A stretch of 64,000 nt of DNA, from IMG/VR virus record IMGVR_UViG_3300045120_000498, positions 1 through 64,000 of that record, one strand, 5' to 3'. Both the position numbers and the translations under genes were made by a program. The notes under the pieces are model-generated. The model was given only the letters and a program-made list of their open reading frames with translations. It made no database searches and was not told where the DNA came from. How positions within the stretch are numbered: the first letter of the stretch is position 1; the number at the start of each line of letters is the position of its first letter. The DNA comes from a virus. Of this stretch, positions 29,357-41,036 are shown piece after piece.

Positions 29357-30985
29357 CTACGCCGTGCGAATCGCCTCCGCCGTGCGCAGCGCGAGCGCCG
29401 CCAGTGTCAGCGTCGGGTTCGCCGTCCCCACCGTCGGGAACAGCGAGCTACCGGCGATCCACAGGTTGCGCACGTCGTGCGACCGGCCGAACCCGTCCGT
29501 CACCGAAGTCGCCCGGTCGGCACCCATCTTCGTCGTGCCCATCAGGTGCCCAGCCCCGAACGGGAAGCCGACGTGCGTCCGCTCGGTCGCGCGAAGCTGA
29601 TCGAACAGCCGCTCGTGCAGCACCGCCGCGTCCGCCATCCCGTCCCGCACGTACTGGCCGATGGTGAACGCGATCCGCGGCCGCGGCAGCCCGATGGCGT
29701 CGAGGTGCGCGAAGTCCGGCGTGATCCGGTTGGCCGGGTTCGGCAACTGCTCCATCAGCGACGCGAACCGAATCTCGCGGGCCACATGATCGTGCCACCG
29801 CTTCGCCAGCGCGTTGCCGCCCTCGCGCAAGTCCACGAACGGCTGGCCGTCCGGCTGCGACGTGAACTCGAACGTCGGGTCGCCAATCGGGAACTTCCAG
29901 CCGTCGTTCCCCACCTCCACCCGGAACGCCGACTTCTGGCCGCGCGTCGGCGCCTGCCGCGGCGACTCGATCCCAGCCGTGCTCAGTGGCCCGCGCTGCG
30001 GGAACACCGGGTCGGCCGACAGCGCGTACGACAGTTGGATGGGGTGATCCATCAGGTTCCGGCCCAGCATCCCGGACGAGTTGCCGACCCCGTGGCCGCC
30101 GTTCGCGGCCAGCATGATCTTCGGCGTCTCGACGGCGTTCGCAGCCATCACCACGACGTTCGCGAGCACCGTCACGTCCGCCCTGTCCGGCTGCCGGTAC
30201 ACGACCCCTCGGGCGGAGCCGTCCGCGTTCAGCAGTACGTCCCACACGACCGCGTTGAAGATCAGCTTCGCGCCGCGCGCGGTCGCCTGGTCGAGGTGGA
30301 TGAGCGCGTCGTACTTCGCGCCGACCGGGCAGATCGGGATGCAGTTCGAGCAGCCCTCGCACCGGTCGCGATTGTTGAAGCCCTCTGTGTTGCGAGCCTG
30401 CGGCGTCGCCTCCACCCGGAACCCGATCTTGCGCGCCGCCGTGTCGATCACCTTGTCCAGGTAGCTCGTCGGCACCGCCTCCATCGGGAAGCCCGCCGAC
30501 CGCGGCGATCCCTGCGGCGCGTTGTCGTTCCCGGCCACGCCAATCTCGTGCTCGGCCTTCACGTACCACGGTTCCAGGTCGTTGTACGCGAGCGGCCAGT
30601 CCGCGCCCACCCCGAACAGCGACTTCATCCGGAAGTCCGACGGCAGCAGCCGTGGCGTCGTCCCGAGCCAGTGCCACGTCGTGCCGCCCACGATCCGCTC
30701 GTAGGTCGAGCCGAACGGGTCCGGCCCATCCTGGATGAAGTAGCCGGTGCCCGGCACGCCAATCTCCAGCACCGTCGGATGCGGCGCCCACGCCGTGTTC
30801 GGGTACGGCGACTCCGGCACCTTGGCCGTCGCCGCACGGAACACCTTCACCGCCGCCGCCCGGTCGATGGGCGGCCCGGCCTCCAGGATCGTCACCTTGC
30901 GCCCGGCCTTCGCGAGCTTCGCGGCGATCAGCGCACCGGCCACGCCGGAGCCGACCACCGCCACGTCTGTGCTGATGGTCGTCAC
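29357..30985 (-). CDS. GMC-family FAD oxidoreductase (sugar/sorbitol dehydrogenase large subunit type)
   Basis: GSGVAG Rossmann motif, VGGTTWHW, CEGCSNCIPIC Fe-S-type motif, GRNLMDH, HLMGT, FPTVGTANPTLT; GTG start with GGAGGA SD overlapping the upstream stop. Confidence 0.9.
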   Translation of the reverse strand: MTTISTDVAVVGSGVAGALIAAKLAKAGRKVTILEAGPPIDRAAAVKVFRAATAKVPESPYPNTAWAPHPTVLEIGVPGTGYFIQDGPDPFGSTYERIVGGTTWHWLGTTPRLLPSDFRMKSLFGVGADWPLAYNDLEPWYVKAEHEIGVAGNDNAPQGSPRSAGFPMEAVPTSYLDKVIDTAARKIGFRVEATPQARNTEGFNNRDRCEGCSNCIPICPVGAKYDALIHLDQATARGAKLIFNAVVWDVLLNADGSARGVVYRQPDRADVTVLANVVVMAANAVETPKIMLAANGGHGVGNSSGMLGRNLMDHPIQLSYALSADPVFPQRGPLSTAGIESPRQAPTRGQKSAFRVEVGNDGWKFPIGDPTFEFTSQPDGQPFVDLREGGNALAKRWHDHVAREIRFASLMEQLPNPANRITPDFAHLDAIGLPRPRIAFTIGQYVRDGMADAAVLHERLFDQLRATERTHVGFPFGAGHLMGTTKMGADRATSVTDGFGRSHDVRNLWIAGSSLFPTVGTANPTLTLAALALRTAEAIRTA

Positions 30986-31449
30986 GACGGCCGATCCTCC
31001 CACTTCGGGAACCCGAGCTTCGTGCTGGACGGCTGTGCGAAGTCGTCCACCGACGCCCACGCGAGCGCGCCCACGTAGTCCGCCGTCTTGTTGCTCACCA
31101 GCCCGCTGTACCAGTAGACCAGCACTTGCTGTGCCGTCGCCGCGTTGCCCGGATCGTTCAGCGCCCCGGATGCCAGGATGCCGTTGAACGTGGTCGGCGG
31201 ATGCGCGGAGCGCACCGTCGCCTGCACGAGCTTCAGGATCGCCGCAGGGTCGAGCGCCGCCAGGTATTGCGCGCCCACCGTGCGGCTCAGGTCGAACTCG
31301 TCATCGGTCAGCGCCTCGGACAGAGCCATGAACTCGTCCAAGGTGACGGGGCCGGTAGCTGTCCGGGCCATGCTCGGCCAGGCAGCGAGAATCGCACCGG
31401 ACGCGACCCCCACCAGTGCCCCCCGGCGGGTCGTCCGTGTTGTGTCCAT
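30982..31449 (-). CDS. Tat-signal small subunit of a membrane-type FAD sugar dehydrogenase
   Basis: TRRGALVG twin-arginine signal, F..LS..LT and YWYSG motifs, C-terminal W...P; coupled to the GMC gene. Confidence 0.75.
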   Translation of the reverse strand: MDTTRTTRRGALVGVASGAILAAWPSMARTATGPVTLDEFMALSEALTDDEFDLSRTVGAQYLAALDPAAILKLVQATVRSAHPPTTFNGILASGALNDPGNAATAQQVLVYWYSGLVSNKTADYVGALAWASVDDFAQPSSTKLGFPKWEDRPS

Positions 31450-33170
31450 GCGTCGATGCTACATGGCGGAGAGCAGGCAGAATCGGGCAGTTACTCGGCC
31501 AGCCGCTTCAGCGCCTCCGCGTGTTCCGTCGCAATCTTGCGGATAGCTTCGGACGAAAGCATCCGGCCCTCGTGCGGCTCGGGCGGCATCTCGACCTTCC
31601 ACTTCTTCGCGAACCGCTCCGCACCGGCGCGGTCGGTGATCCGCTGCATCGACTGCGGATAGCGCAGCCGCGAGCCGGTGTAGTACCGGTCCCACGTCCA
31701 CGAGATGCGGAACGTGTCCGGCCCCATGTGGCGGATGCGATGCCCGTACGACGACGACCGGTAGCGACTCACGACGACACCGCCACCGGACGGTACTCCA
31801 GGACCCGCGTTGCGAGCACCTGCGTCGTGTGGCTACACACCTCGGAGTGGAGCTTCGCCGCGGCCCGCACGTAGCCGAGCGTCAGCGGCGCCGAGTCCTC
31901 GTCCGGGAACCGCCAGCCGCAGCCGTCCTCGCAACACACCGCCACCGCTCGCGCCCGGCCGACCCGGACCCTCTCGACCGTCGTCATCACTCGGCCGCCT
32001 CGCGCTCGCGCGCCTCGAACTCCGCGCGCAGCGTCACGTACGCATCGCCTCGCGCCTTCGCCATCGCCTCGCACAGCATCAGGTGAACCTCCTGCCCGAG
32101 CGCCGTCAACCGCTGCTTGTTCGGATCGTGCGGCACCGCCTCCGTCAGCGGCGAATGCACCAGCCACCGTTCCTGCTCATCCTCCGGCCGCTGGCTCCGG
32201 GGCAGGAACATGCCGCTGAACCCGGCCGCGAACAGTTCGCCGATTAGCTCACGCCGCCGCCGCATTTCCCGCTCGTGCGCGCTCATCTCTTGCCCCTTCC
32301 CGCGGGGATCGCCCCGCCATCGTTCAATCGTCCTCGCCTCGCAACACGCGAGCGGTCGCCACGTTCCGGGCGACACCATCCCAGCCCTCGACCACCCGCA
32401 GGATGTCGTCCGGCCGGAACCGGATGATCCGGCGCGACTTGTCCAGCGCCACCTCGACCGTCGAATCCTCGCGCACGCCCGTCACGACGCCGTACCGGTC
32501 GCCGCGCATCCAGTGATCCGTCGCCGGGTGCAACTCGACCCGCTGACCCACGCGCGGGGAGATGTAGACCGCCTCGCGCAGCCGCTCGTGGCAGAGTCCG
32601 CCGTCCTTACTCGGCACCGCGCACACCAGCGGCCCCGTGGGGCCGCCGTAGCGATAGCCGACCTGCGGCCCATGCGTCGGACAGATCATGTCGCCGCCCT
32701 CCAGGCGCGCCGGTCGCGCTTCGTGTAGCCCTTGCCCTTACCGCGCACGCCGCCGCGCAGCGCCTCCCGCTTCGCGAGCGCCAGCGCGTACTCGTCCCGC
32801 AGCACCCGCCGCGGCAACGTCGTCGTGATCGTCGTCTTTGCCATCACCAGCCTCCAGTCTGCTCGGCGTACCACTCCGCCCCGAAGGGCATCAGCGCCTC
32901 CTCGCGGTCGCGCCGGTCGGCCTCCACCTGCTCGCCCCAGGCCGCAGCCTCGACCGCGTAGAACGAGCGCACCGTGCGCTTCACGTCGCCCGCGAAGTCC
33001 GGCTCGTCGTTCGTCGAGTCGAAGCCGCTGTCGGCCTCGCACTCCAGCGCGAGCAGCGCCGCCGCGTCGAACGTGTCGGCCGTGGCGAACACCTCTGCGT
33101 GCGACTCGAACTCGCCCGTGTAGTAGCTCGTGTAGGTCGTCTCGATCACGAGAGCAGCCATCGTGCCCGT

Positions 33171-33230
33171 CCTTTCCGCGGGTTCTTCCCGCACCCGGAG
33201 TGTAGCAGGTCTAGCGCACGTTGTGTGTAT
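33171..33230 (-). promoter_or_regulatory. Full cassette, long-spacer variant
   Basis: Palindrome + TAGACCTGC + TACACT + 6 nt + hairpin + GGAAAGG. Confidence 0.75.
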
Positions 33231-35504
33231 CTGGCAGGTACAGGCCGCTCGGGTTCCGGTCGGTCAGCATCCCCACGATGTCGATGGGAATGATCCCGGC
33301 CAGCGTCGCGCCCGGCACCGACGGGTGCGGCGTGTCGCACATCGCGCCCAGAATCTCGCCCGCAGGCCAGCCCTGCACCGGCGCGTGCGCGAGCATCGAC
33401 CAGCCGCTCACGTCGAGCGGCCCGAGCAGGTCGAGGAAGCTCCGCGCGCGGTCCGACCACGGCGTGCTCGGCGTCAACTCCACCGCCGGGCCGACCGCCT
33501 TGTGCGGACGACCCCACTGCCAGATCGACCCCCAGCCGAACGGCAGGTGCCGACCGTCGCACATCGTGCCGACCCAGATGCCCTCGACCGCCGCGTCGTA
33601 GCTCCACAGCGTCGGGTCGATGATCGTCGCGTCCCGGTCGTAGCAGTCGTCGCCGACCACGATCCACGAGTGCTGGCCGCCGACGCCGACGCCCATGCCT
33701 CGCGCGACGCGCGCGCGGAAGCTCGCCTCCCGCACGACCTTCAGGCTCGCCGCGTGACACTGCGCCGCCCACCCGTCGAGCGGCCCCAGAATGCGCGCCG
33801 CCTCGGCCACCATCGCGTCGGTCGTCACAGCGTCCCACCCGGGCACACGAGCATGTCGTTGATCCGGTGCGGCCCGCCGCACTCATACGAGCCGCACCAC
33901 TGCACGCCCTGCTCCGACCAGCCGGGCGACGCCCCCGGCACCGCCAGCCCGCGCTTGCGGCACTCGCGCACCGCGTAGCCGTACGACTCGACGGCCTCAT
34001 CCACGGCGACCTGCGCCGCCGCCAGTCGGTCGATGGCCTCGGCCAGGAGCCGCGCGCGCACCTTCGCCGCCGTCTGCGGCGAGCCGTTCGGCGCGATGCT
34101 CATGTCTCGGGTCATGCTCCCTCGTCTCTCTCACGGGCGCACTGCGTGCAGACGCCCAGCTTGTAGTCCGCCGTCTCGTCCACCTCGGCCAGATAGCGCA
34201 CCCGCAGGCACACGCTGCACTGACCCATCGGCCAGAAGTCCTCCGCCAGCCCGACCAGTTCCTCGCACAGCGCCACCTTCGGATCGTCCATCCGGACGCA
34301 CACCAGCGTCCGGGCGCCGAACGTGACGACGTTCACCACGTGCCCGGTGTCGTGCGTGCCCTTGTCGCGTACCTGATCACCCACCTTCACTGGAACGACC
34401 TCCTCGGATCGTCGCTGCCGTACGGACTGACCGCCGGGGACCCCGGCACCTCCGGCCACCGCGGCTCGTGCTCCGGGCAGCACAGCACCTTCGCCTTGCT
34501 CGTCTCGTCCTGCACCCACTCGCCGTTCACGCAGCGAGCGCGAACGAGGCGCCACCCCTCGGGGTAGGCGCCGCCGTCCGCCATCGTGCCGACCACCGGC
34601 CCGACGTGCAGACCCGGCACGCAATACGCGCGCACCGGGAGCCGCCGACTCGGCGCAGGGCGCCGGGGGATCACAGGTTCACCCCGGGCCACTCCGGCAC
34701 GTCGAAGCTGTCCGGGTGGCAGTTCGCCCAGACGCCGCCGTAGCCGCTGTCCCAGATGCTCACGAACGGCGACTCGTTGACGCCGTTCTCGAACGCGGCC
34801 ACGACCATCCCGGTCGTCTTCGTCAGCCCCGCCGCGGCGACCGCCCGGTCGCACAGCGTCCACGTGCTGGCCCACGACCTGCCGTCGCGGTCGCTGATCA
34901 CGACCGGCACCACTTCCATCTCCAGCGCCGGGGTGCACACCATCGCGGCCACCGTCGTCATCACCGTCGTCATCTCAGTTGCCCCCTCGGTAGAAGTCAG
35001 CCGCATCGGCCAGGAACCGGGCGCGCTCGTCCTCGCCCATCGTGCGCAGCAGGTGGAACGTCTCGACTTCCTCGTTCGCCGTCACCCGCCCGCCGTGGTA
35101 GTACCGGACGACCGCATCGCGCATCGCCCACTGCGACCGCGGCCGCAGATTCGTCGGCACCATCAGGTACGCCGTCTCCAGCGCCGCCGTCAGGCCCGCG
35201 TGATCGTCGCGCGTCAGGTCAGCCGCCACGTCGAGCGCCCGCGCCAGCCGGAGGTTCGCCCTCATCGGGCACCCCCTCCGGCCAGCCACGCGACCGCCTC
35301 GCGCTTCGTGTCGAACCAATCCAGCACCTCGCCGTCAGCGACGCGCACCGCGCACCAGCCGTCGTCGTCGCACCCGGCGTTCACGCCCAGACCGTCGCGC
35401 TCGTCGGCCGTCACGTTCCCGGTCACGTCGCGCTCGACCCGGAACTTGCCGTCCAGCGTCTCGTAGACGCCCGGCGCTACTCGCTTCATTCGCATCTCGC
35501 GTCT

Positions 35505-35564
35505 CCTTTCCGCGGGGCCTTCCCGCACACCCATTGTACCAGGTATCGCACACGACGTGTGTAT
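35505..35564 (-). promoter_or_regulatory. Full cassette, long-spacer variant
   Basis: Palindrome + GATACCTGG + TACAAT + 6 nt + hairpin + GGAAAGG. Confidence 0.75.
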
Positions 35565-36679
35565 CAAGCGTCGCGGTACAGCACCGACCCGTCTGACCGC
35601 TCGCACACCCACCGCCCGTCCTTCCACTCCCACAGCCGATAGCTCGTGGACGGGTGCCAGTCAGGACGAATCTCGCGCAGCCGCCGGTGCAGCCGGAGCG
35701 ACGCCACCGACCGGCTCTCGGCGTCCAGAGTCACCTCCGGAAGCCCCGAGCCGGGCGGCGGCTCGCACAGCCACAGCCGCGTCATGCCATCGACGCAGCG
35801 ATGAACGCCGACGGGTCATCGGCCAGCTTCGACAGCGAGTCGCGCACATCGCACCACGTGCCCCAGATCGCCCACCAGTTGTCGTCGGCCGACTCGTTGT
35901 TCGTCGGATCATTCGGACGCACCGAAGCCAGCGTCTCGGCCACCCTCGACTCGGCCATCCCGGCCGTCTTCTCGCAGTTATCCATCACCCACCTCCCTCC
36001 CAGGTGTAGTCCAGGTCGGACTTCGCCTCGCCACCGGCCAGAATGGCCTCGATGAGGCTCATCGACGGGGCATCCAGGATCAACTCGTAGGTCACGTCGC
36101 CCACCGGGGACACGACCGTCTCGCCGTCCTCGTTCTCGGTGCTGTTGAAGCTGACCGGCCACACGACCTTGATCGCCACCGGCGCGCCGAACAGCCCGCT
36201 GAACAGGTTCGTTGCCTGCTCGATCCGCTGCTGCGCCGCGTGCGCCTCGTCCGCGTCGGAGAAGTAAAGCCTGAACTCGGCCATTACCGTGACATCCGGT
36301 CGTAGTCGGCCCACGTCTCGTAGCGGTCGTGGAGGTCCACCACGCGGTCGCGGACGCCGGTGATCTTCGTGACGGCATCGCAGAACCGCGAGTCCGACGT
36401 GCCGACCACCGTGCCGCCGTACATCGGCCCGGCCGCGCCCTCCGGCGCCGCGGTGCCGATCATCGGCACCCACCAGGTCGCCACCTGCATCGCGGGCACG
36501 ATCCGTGCCGTGCCGCGCAGGTTGCCGTCCACGAGCATCACCGCCGGAGCTTCCGGCGACGGCTCGTGCGGCCCGTCCACGTTCACGACGGTCACTTCGT
36601 CGGCCGTCTCGGAGATGCCGCCAGCCGAGTACGACTGGCCCTTGTGCTTGTAGATGTTGGCGATGAGTCCCATCGCGCT

Positions 36680-36739
36680 CCTTTCCGCGGGGTCTTCCCG
36701 CATCCGCAGCATAGCAGGTAAAGCACACGCCGTGTGTAT
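36680..36739 (-). promoter_or_regulatory. Full cassette, long-spacer variant
   Basis: Palindrome + TTTACCTGC + TATGCT + 6 nt + hairpin + GGAAAGG; overlaps the terL stop. Confidence 0.75.
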
Positions 36740-38463
36740 CAGTAGTCCTCGGGGTCGTCCTCCGCCTCGTCGTCGAACACCTCGAACGCCGCGTCGCCCA
36801 TGTTCGGCCCGGCGTGGTAGCCCATCGACGCCGGATCGCCCACCTGCGACCGCTCGAACTCCAGATGATCCTCCAGCGGCACAACCTCCGTCCGCTGCGC
36901 GCCCGCCACGACCGCCTGCCGGTACAGCCACATCTCCGACGCCACCAGGTCGTACACCTCCGCCTGCGCGTAGTCGTCCGGCCCCGTCTTCTTGTAGCCC
37001 ACGACCACCTTGTCCACGTCGTCGATGGTCGCGTGCCGCACCAGCGCCCGCATCTGCGCGCCGTACCCCTCCGGCAGGTCCACCGGCAGCCAGTTCCGCT
37101 GCTCGCGCATCACCGCCATCATCGCGTCGATGGCCTCCGTCCGGCGGATCGACACCGTGCGTGTTTCCTCCCGCACGACCATCACCGCGCCGTCCTTCGG
37201 CGCCGAGTAGTTCACCAGGTAGACGATGCCCGGGAACTGATTCGCCAGCCCCATCGCCATCCGGTGCTCCGGCAGGTGATCGACGCACGCCATGTTCACC
37301 CGGAACTCGCGCATCTTCTCGGCCACCTCGTTGAACGAGTCGCACTCGCCGATCCACAGCGCCCGCTTCACACCGTCGCCCAGGTGCTCGCTGATCCGCA
37401 CGTTCAGCGCCCGCGTGGACGCCACGTCCACGCCCATCGTGACCAGGTTCACGCCGCCGTAGCCCGTCTCCATGTAGTAGAAGCCGCCCGCCGACTGCGC
37501 CGCTTGCAACACCGCCGACGTGAGCCGCCCTTCCTCCGGCGCGTATTCCTCGGCCAGGTCCTTGTTGTGGAACGTCGTGACCTCGTAAGGCCGCGTCGCC
37601 TTCGACGCCTTCACGATGCTCGCCAGCGCGCCGTTCTCGTTCGTCGCAACACGCGGCACGATCAGCCGCGGCGCGTGATAGCCGCGAATGTCGCGATCCG
37701 GGAACTCCGCCACCCACTCGCCGACGCCCACGTCGAGCGGCTTCCGGCACTGCCGACAGACCACCAGCACCCGGTCCTGATCGACGTTCTCCCAGAAGTC
37801 GATGTGCTGCCACGTCCCGCACCCGCACTTCACCATCCACCGCCGCTTGTCCGACGCTTCGTACTGACCGCTGACGCCGAACTCCGGCACCGACGGCACC
37901 CCGACCCGCCGGATCAGCCCGTGTTGCGAGCCGGACACGCGCCGCTCGGCGTCCGGGATGTTCTCCTGCGTGAGCGTGTCGTACTCGTCGAACGCGATGG
38001 TGTCGGCATCCACCGAGTCGAGCGCGCGCTTCACCTCCGAGCCACGGAAGTAGACGAACCCCAGACCGATCCGCTTCAGGCCCTTGTTCTGCACGTCCCG
38101 GCGGCTCGCGCGGCCCGACAGGTAGTCCGACCCGTCAATCAGCGTCTTCACCCGCGCGTCCGAGAAGTCGTACAACTGGCTCGCCGTCGGGAACACGTAC
38201 AGGCTCGTCCAGCCCTTCGTGTCGGCGTGGTACATCGACCACCGCACGAGCCACGCCGACACCCCGATCTGCGTCGCCTTCTTGACCACCAGTTCACGCT
38301 GATTCGCGCCCGCCTCGTATAGCTCGCGCTGGAACGGGAACCGGTCGAAGTCGAGCGCCGCCTTCGGCTCCGGCACCCGCAGCGCCCACGGCATGAACTC
38401 GACATCCAGCTTCTCGCGCTCCGCCGCATCCCGCTTCGCGCGAAGCTCAGACCGGGTGGTCAT
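36739..38463 (-). CDS. terL: Terminase large subunit, lambda GpA-like
   Basis: VVKKATQIGVS (Walker A-type), FDEYD (Walker B), CGCG...CRQC zinc segment, MGVDV and GPDDYAQA nuclease motifs; start refined to MTTRSELR. Confidence 0.9.
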   Translation of the reverse strand: MTTRSELRAKRDAAEREKLDVEFMPWALRVPEPKAALDFDRFPFQRELYEAGANQRELVVKKATQIGVSAWLVRWSMYHADTKGWTSLYVFPTASQLYDFSDARVKTLIDGSDYLSGRASRRDVQNKGLKRIGLGFVYFRGSEVKRALDSVDADTIAFDEYDTLTQENIPDAERRVSGSQHGLIRRVGVPSVPEFGVSGQYEASDKRRWMVKCGCGTWQHIDFWENVDQDRVLVVCRQCRKPLDVGVGEWVAEFPDRDIRGYHAPRLIVPRVATNENGALASIVKASKATRPYEVTTFHNKDLAEEYAPEEGRLTSAVLQAAQSAGGFYYMETGYGGVNLVTMGVDVASTRALNVRISEHLGDGVKRALWIGECDSFNEVAEKMREFRVNMACVDHLPEHRMAMGLANQFPGIVYLVNYSAPKDGAVMVVREETRTVSIRRTEAIDAMMAVMREQRNWLPVDLPEGYGAQMRALVRHATIDDVDKVVVGYKKTGPDDYAQAEVYDLVASEMWLYRQAVVAGAQRTEVVPLEDHLEFERSQVGDPASMGYHAGPNMGDAAFEVFDDEAEDDPEDY

Positions 38464-38498
38464 GCTCACCCGCCGCCGGATCAGGTCGGCGCCGCGGG

Positions 38499-40551
38499 TC
38501 ACGGCGACGCCTCCCACCGCATCGGGCCACGCTCCGTCGCGTGCAGCGGCCCGGCCAGTTCCATCTCGGCAGGCGTCATCAGCGGCGCTCGCAACACCAG
38601 CGCGTCGCGCGAGACGCGCGGCTCCGTCGAGGACAGGCCGACCGGTGGCCCCTTCCAGCCGAACGCCGCGCCGCAGTCCGCGCACACGACGGTGATTTCG
38701 GCCGCGAACGCATGAGGATCGACCTTGCCGTCGCTCGTCAACCGGAACACCTCGACGTTCGCAGCGAACTCCAGGTGCTCGCAGGTCATGCCACGGCCCG
38801 CTCGGTCGGCGCGGGCACCGGCACGTACCGGCCCCTGCGCGCACGCCGCAACAGACCCCGCGCCTCCAACCGCCCCAGCGCCACCGACGGCGCCGAGTAG
38901 GGCGCCGCGTAGCCCAGCAACCGAAGCTCCCGCGTGCGCACCTCCCCATGCGCGCGCGCCCACTCCAGCACGCCGTGCTGCTGCTGCGTCAGCCCACGGA
39001 CATTCCAGGCGCGCTCGGGCGCCGTCAGCGCCAGTTGCTCAGACGCTCGCGCCAAAGACAAGCTCCGCCGCGCGCCGCGTGCCCATCGGCCTGCCGTCCA
39101 CTTCCCAGTAGCCACAGTGGTCACGCCGCAGGCCCCGCTCGATCAGACACGCCTCGACGAACGTCCAGTCCACCGGCAGCGGCGGCTCCGACGGCCCGAA
39201 CCGCGTCTCCGACCCCTGTACCCACAGCGTGCCGTACTGCAACCGGTGCCCCTCGGGCATGTCGTTGTCGGTCACGACCGGCATCCGCACCCGGAACAGG
39301 CTCGTCTCCACCTCCATCCGCAGCTTCGTGCGCGCGCGGAGCGGCTGCCGCAGCGGCGGCATCTCGACCGGCGACTCGACCCGGTACGCGCCGCCGTCAT
39401 CGCGCCACCGGACAGCGCCGATGAACTCGGTCAGCGTGCCGCCGAACGATCCGTACAGCGCGATCCGGGTCAGCAGCATCTCCTCGTCGATCCCCAGCGG
39501 GCCGCCGACTCGCAACACAGTCGGCTTGCCGAATACGACCGCCCCGTCCATGCCCGAAGCGTACTAGCGGACGTAGTTCAGCGCGCGCTTCGGCGCCGCC
39601 GCGCACCGCTGCCAGTGCGCCGCCACATGCGTGATCGCCATGTCCCGCCCAGCCCGCCGCAGCCGCTCGCTCATCATCCGCGCGTCCATCGCCTCCGCGG
39701 CGATCCCGCGCCCATCGACCATCACCAGCGTCCCGTCGCGCACCGACACGAACTCCATCGGCGTGCCGGTCGTACAGCCGCGGCCCAGGAACACCAGCCC
39801 GCCACACGAGCCGCACCGGTACGGCGGCTCCGGCCGCAGGTGCCCGGTCGGCACGTCCTCGACCACGTTCGAGTCGTCCCACTTCAGCCGCGTCACGTGG
39901 TTGTCGCTCACGCGCACGAACCCGATCCGGCCCGGCCACGACGTAGCGAACGGGTCCACCGTGTCCGTACCCGGCTCGAACCGCACCCGGTCACCCACGT
40001 TCAGCATCGTCGTCCTCCTCGGTGATGTCCTCGACTTCGGCGTTGGCAATCTCGTCCATCGAGAAGCCGTGCTCCCACAGGTGCGCGGCGCTCAACTCCA
40101 GCGGCACCTTCGCGCCGCAGATGCCGCAGATGCTCATTTCCTCGGTCACGGCCACACCTTGCGGCCCTCGTGCACGACGTGCAGCGCCGGAACCTCGTCG
40201 CCCCGCTCCGCCGCGAGCCGCTGCTTGCGCTCGCAGAACTCGACCGCGCGCTCCAGCGTGTCGCGAAGCTGGCACTCGCGCCACTCCCGCACAAGCTGCC
40301 CGGGTCCGACCAGGAACGTGCCCAGCTTCATCACCACGTACAGGCTCACGAGCCGTCCACTATCTCTCGCGCCTCGTTCAGCGCGTTCTCAATCTCGGCC
40401 GTGATGGTCGCCACCGGCACGCCCCGCAGATACGCCGCGACGACGGCGCCGTGCAGCGTCCCGCGCGCCTTCCCCTGCACCTCGTCACCCGCCGTCAGGT
40501 ACGGATTGTCCGGGCACCGGATCAAAACCTGGACGACAGGCGCCTCAGCCA
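38499..40551 (-). other. Small hypothetical CDSs (38499-38789, 38786-39124 wHTH-like, 39039-39551, 39564-40049, 39991-40137 approx., 40146-40349, 40346-40551 approx.)
   Basis: Continuous minus-strand ORFs; 38786-39124 has YAAPYSAPSVALGRLEARGLLRRARRGRY wHTH pattern. Confidence 0.55.
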
Positions 40552-41030
40552 TTGGACGGCTCCTTCGCGGCAACCACCAGCGCGCGAAGCTCCATCTCGC
40601 TTGACGGGTGCCAATACTCCGGCACCACGTTGTATCCGGGGCGGAGGATGACGGCAAGGTCGGCGAGGGGCAGCCCGGGCGGAAGCAGCGGCACCTCGAT
40701 CCAATGCTGCGCTGGCCGACCCTCGCACGCGCACTCCATCTCCTCGATGGCCGTCTTGCAACTCGGGCAGTACCAGGCGGTAGGCGTGTCGGCGGGAGCC
40801 GCGGACCGGGCCGACCCGCGCGGGCGGCCGGGCATGTTCTGCGGCAGGCCCGCAGCGTCCACCGCCGCGCTCCACGTGCCGAAGTGGCGTACGACCGTCG
40901 CCCTGGACGGAAGATCAATCGCACCCGAACGCCGCGATGTCTGCGACGGGGATCGTCCGTGACGCGCGTGGAAGTTCTGGAACGCAGCGATCACAGCGTC
41001 CCTCGTCCAAGGATTCGTGCTCAATGCCAT
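40545..41030 (-). CDS. Homing-endonuclease-associated-repeat protein without a nuclease domain
   Basis: WTRDAVIAAFQNF...GRSP...PSRATVVRHFGTWSAAVDAAGL repeat pattern, followed by a WYCPSC zinc motif. Confidence 0.65.
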   Translation of the reverse strand: MALSTNPWTRDAVIAAFQNFHARHGRSPSQTSRRSGAIDLPSRATVVRHFGTWSAAVDAAGLPQNMPGRPRGSARSAAPADTPTAWYCPSCKTAIEEMECACEGRPAQHWIEVPLLPPGLPLADLAVILRPGYNVVPEYWHPSSEMELRALVVAAKEPSNG

Positions 41031-41036
41031 CGGCTC

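Larger units (their letters stand above)
31491..36673 (-). other. Run of about 17 small hypothetical CDSs (e.g. 31491-31772, 31769-31987, 31987-32286, 32324-32689, 32686-32844, 32844-33161, 33211-33828, 33825-34115, 34112-34390, 34671-35006, 34975-35319, 35262-35495, 35564-35785, 36284-36673)
   Basis: Tightly packed minus-strand ORFs with overlapping start/stop codons; four cassette elements delimit sub-operons. Some starts are ORF-track values. Confidence 0.55.

Noticed and set aside
29357-31449. Dehydrogenase genes as a host-chromosome boundary (prophage end)
   Set aside because: Same strand, codon quirks and 10-mer as the flanks; phage genes on both sides; no integrase or att site seen.
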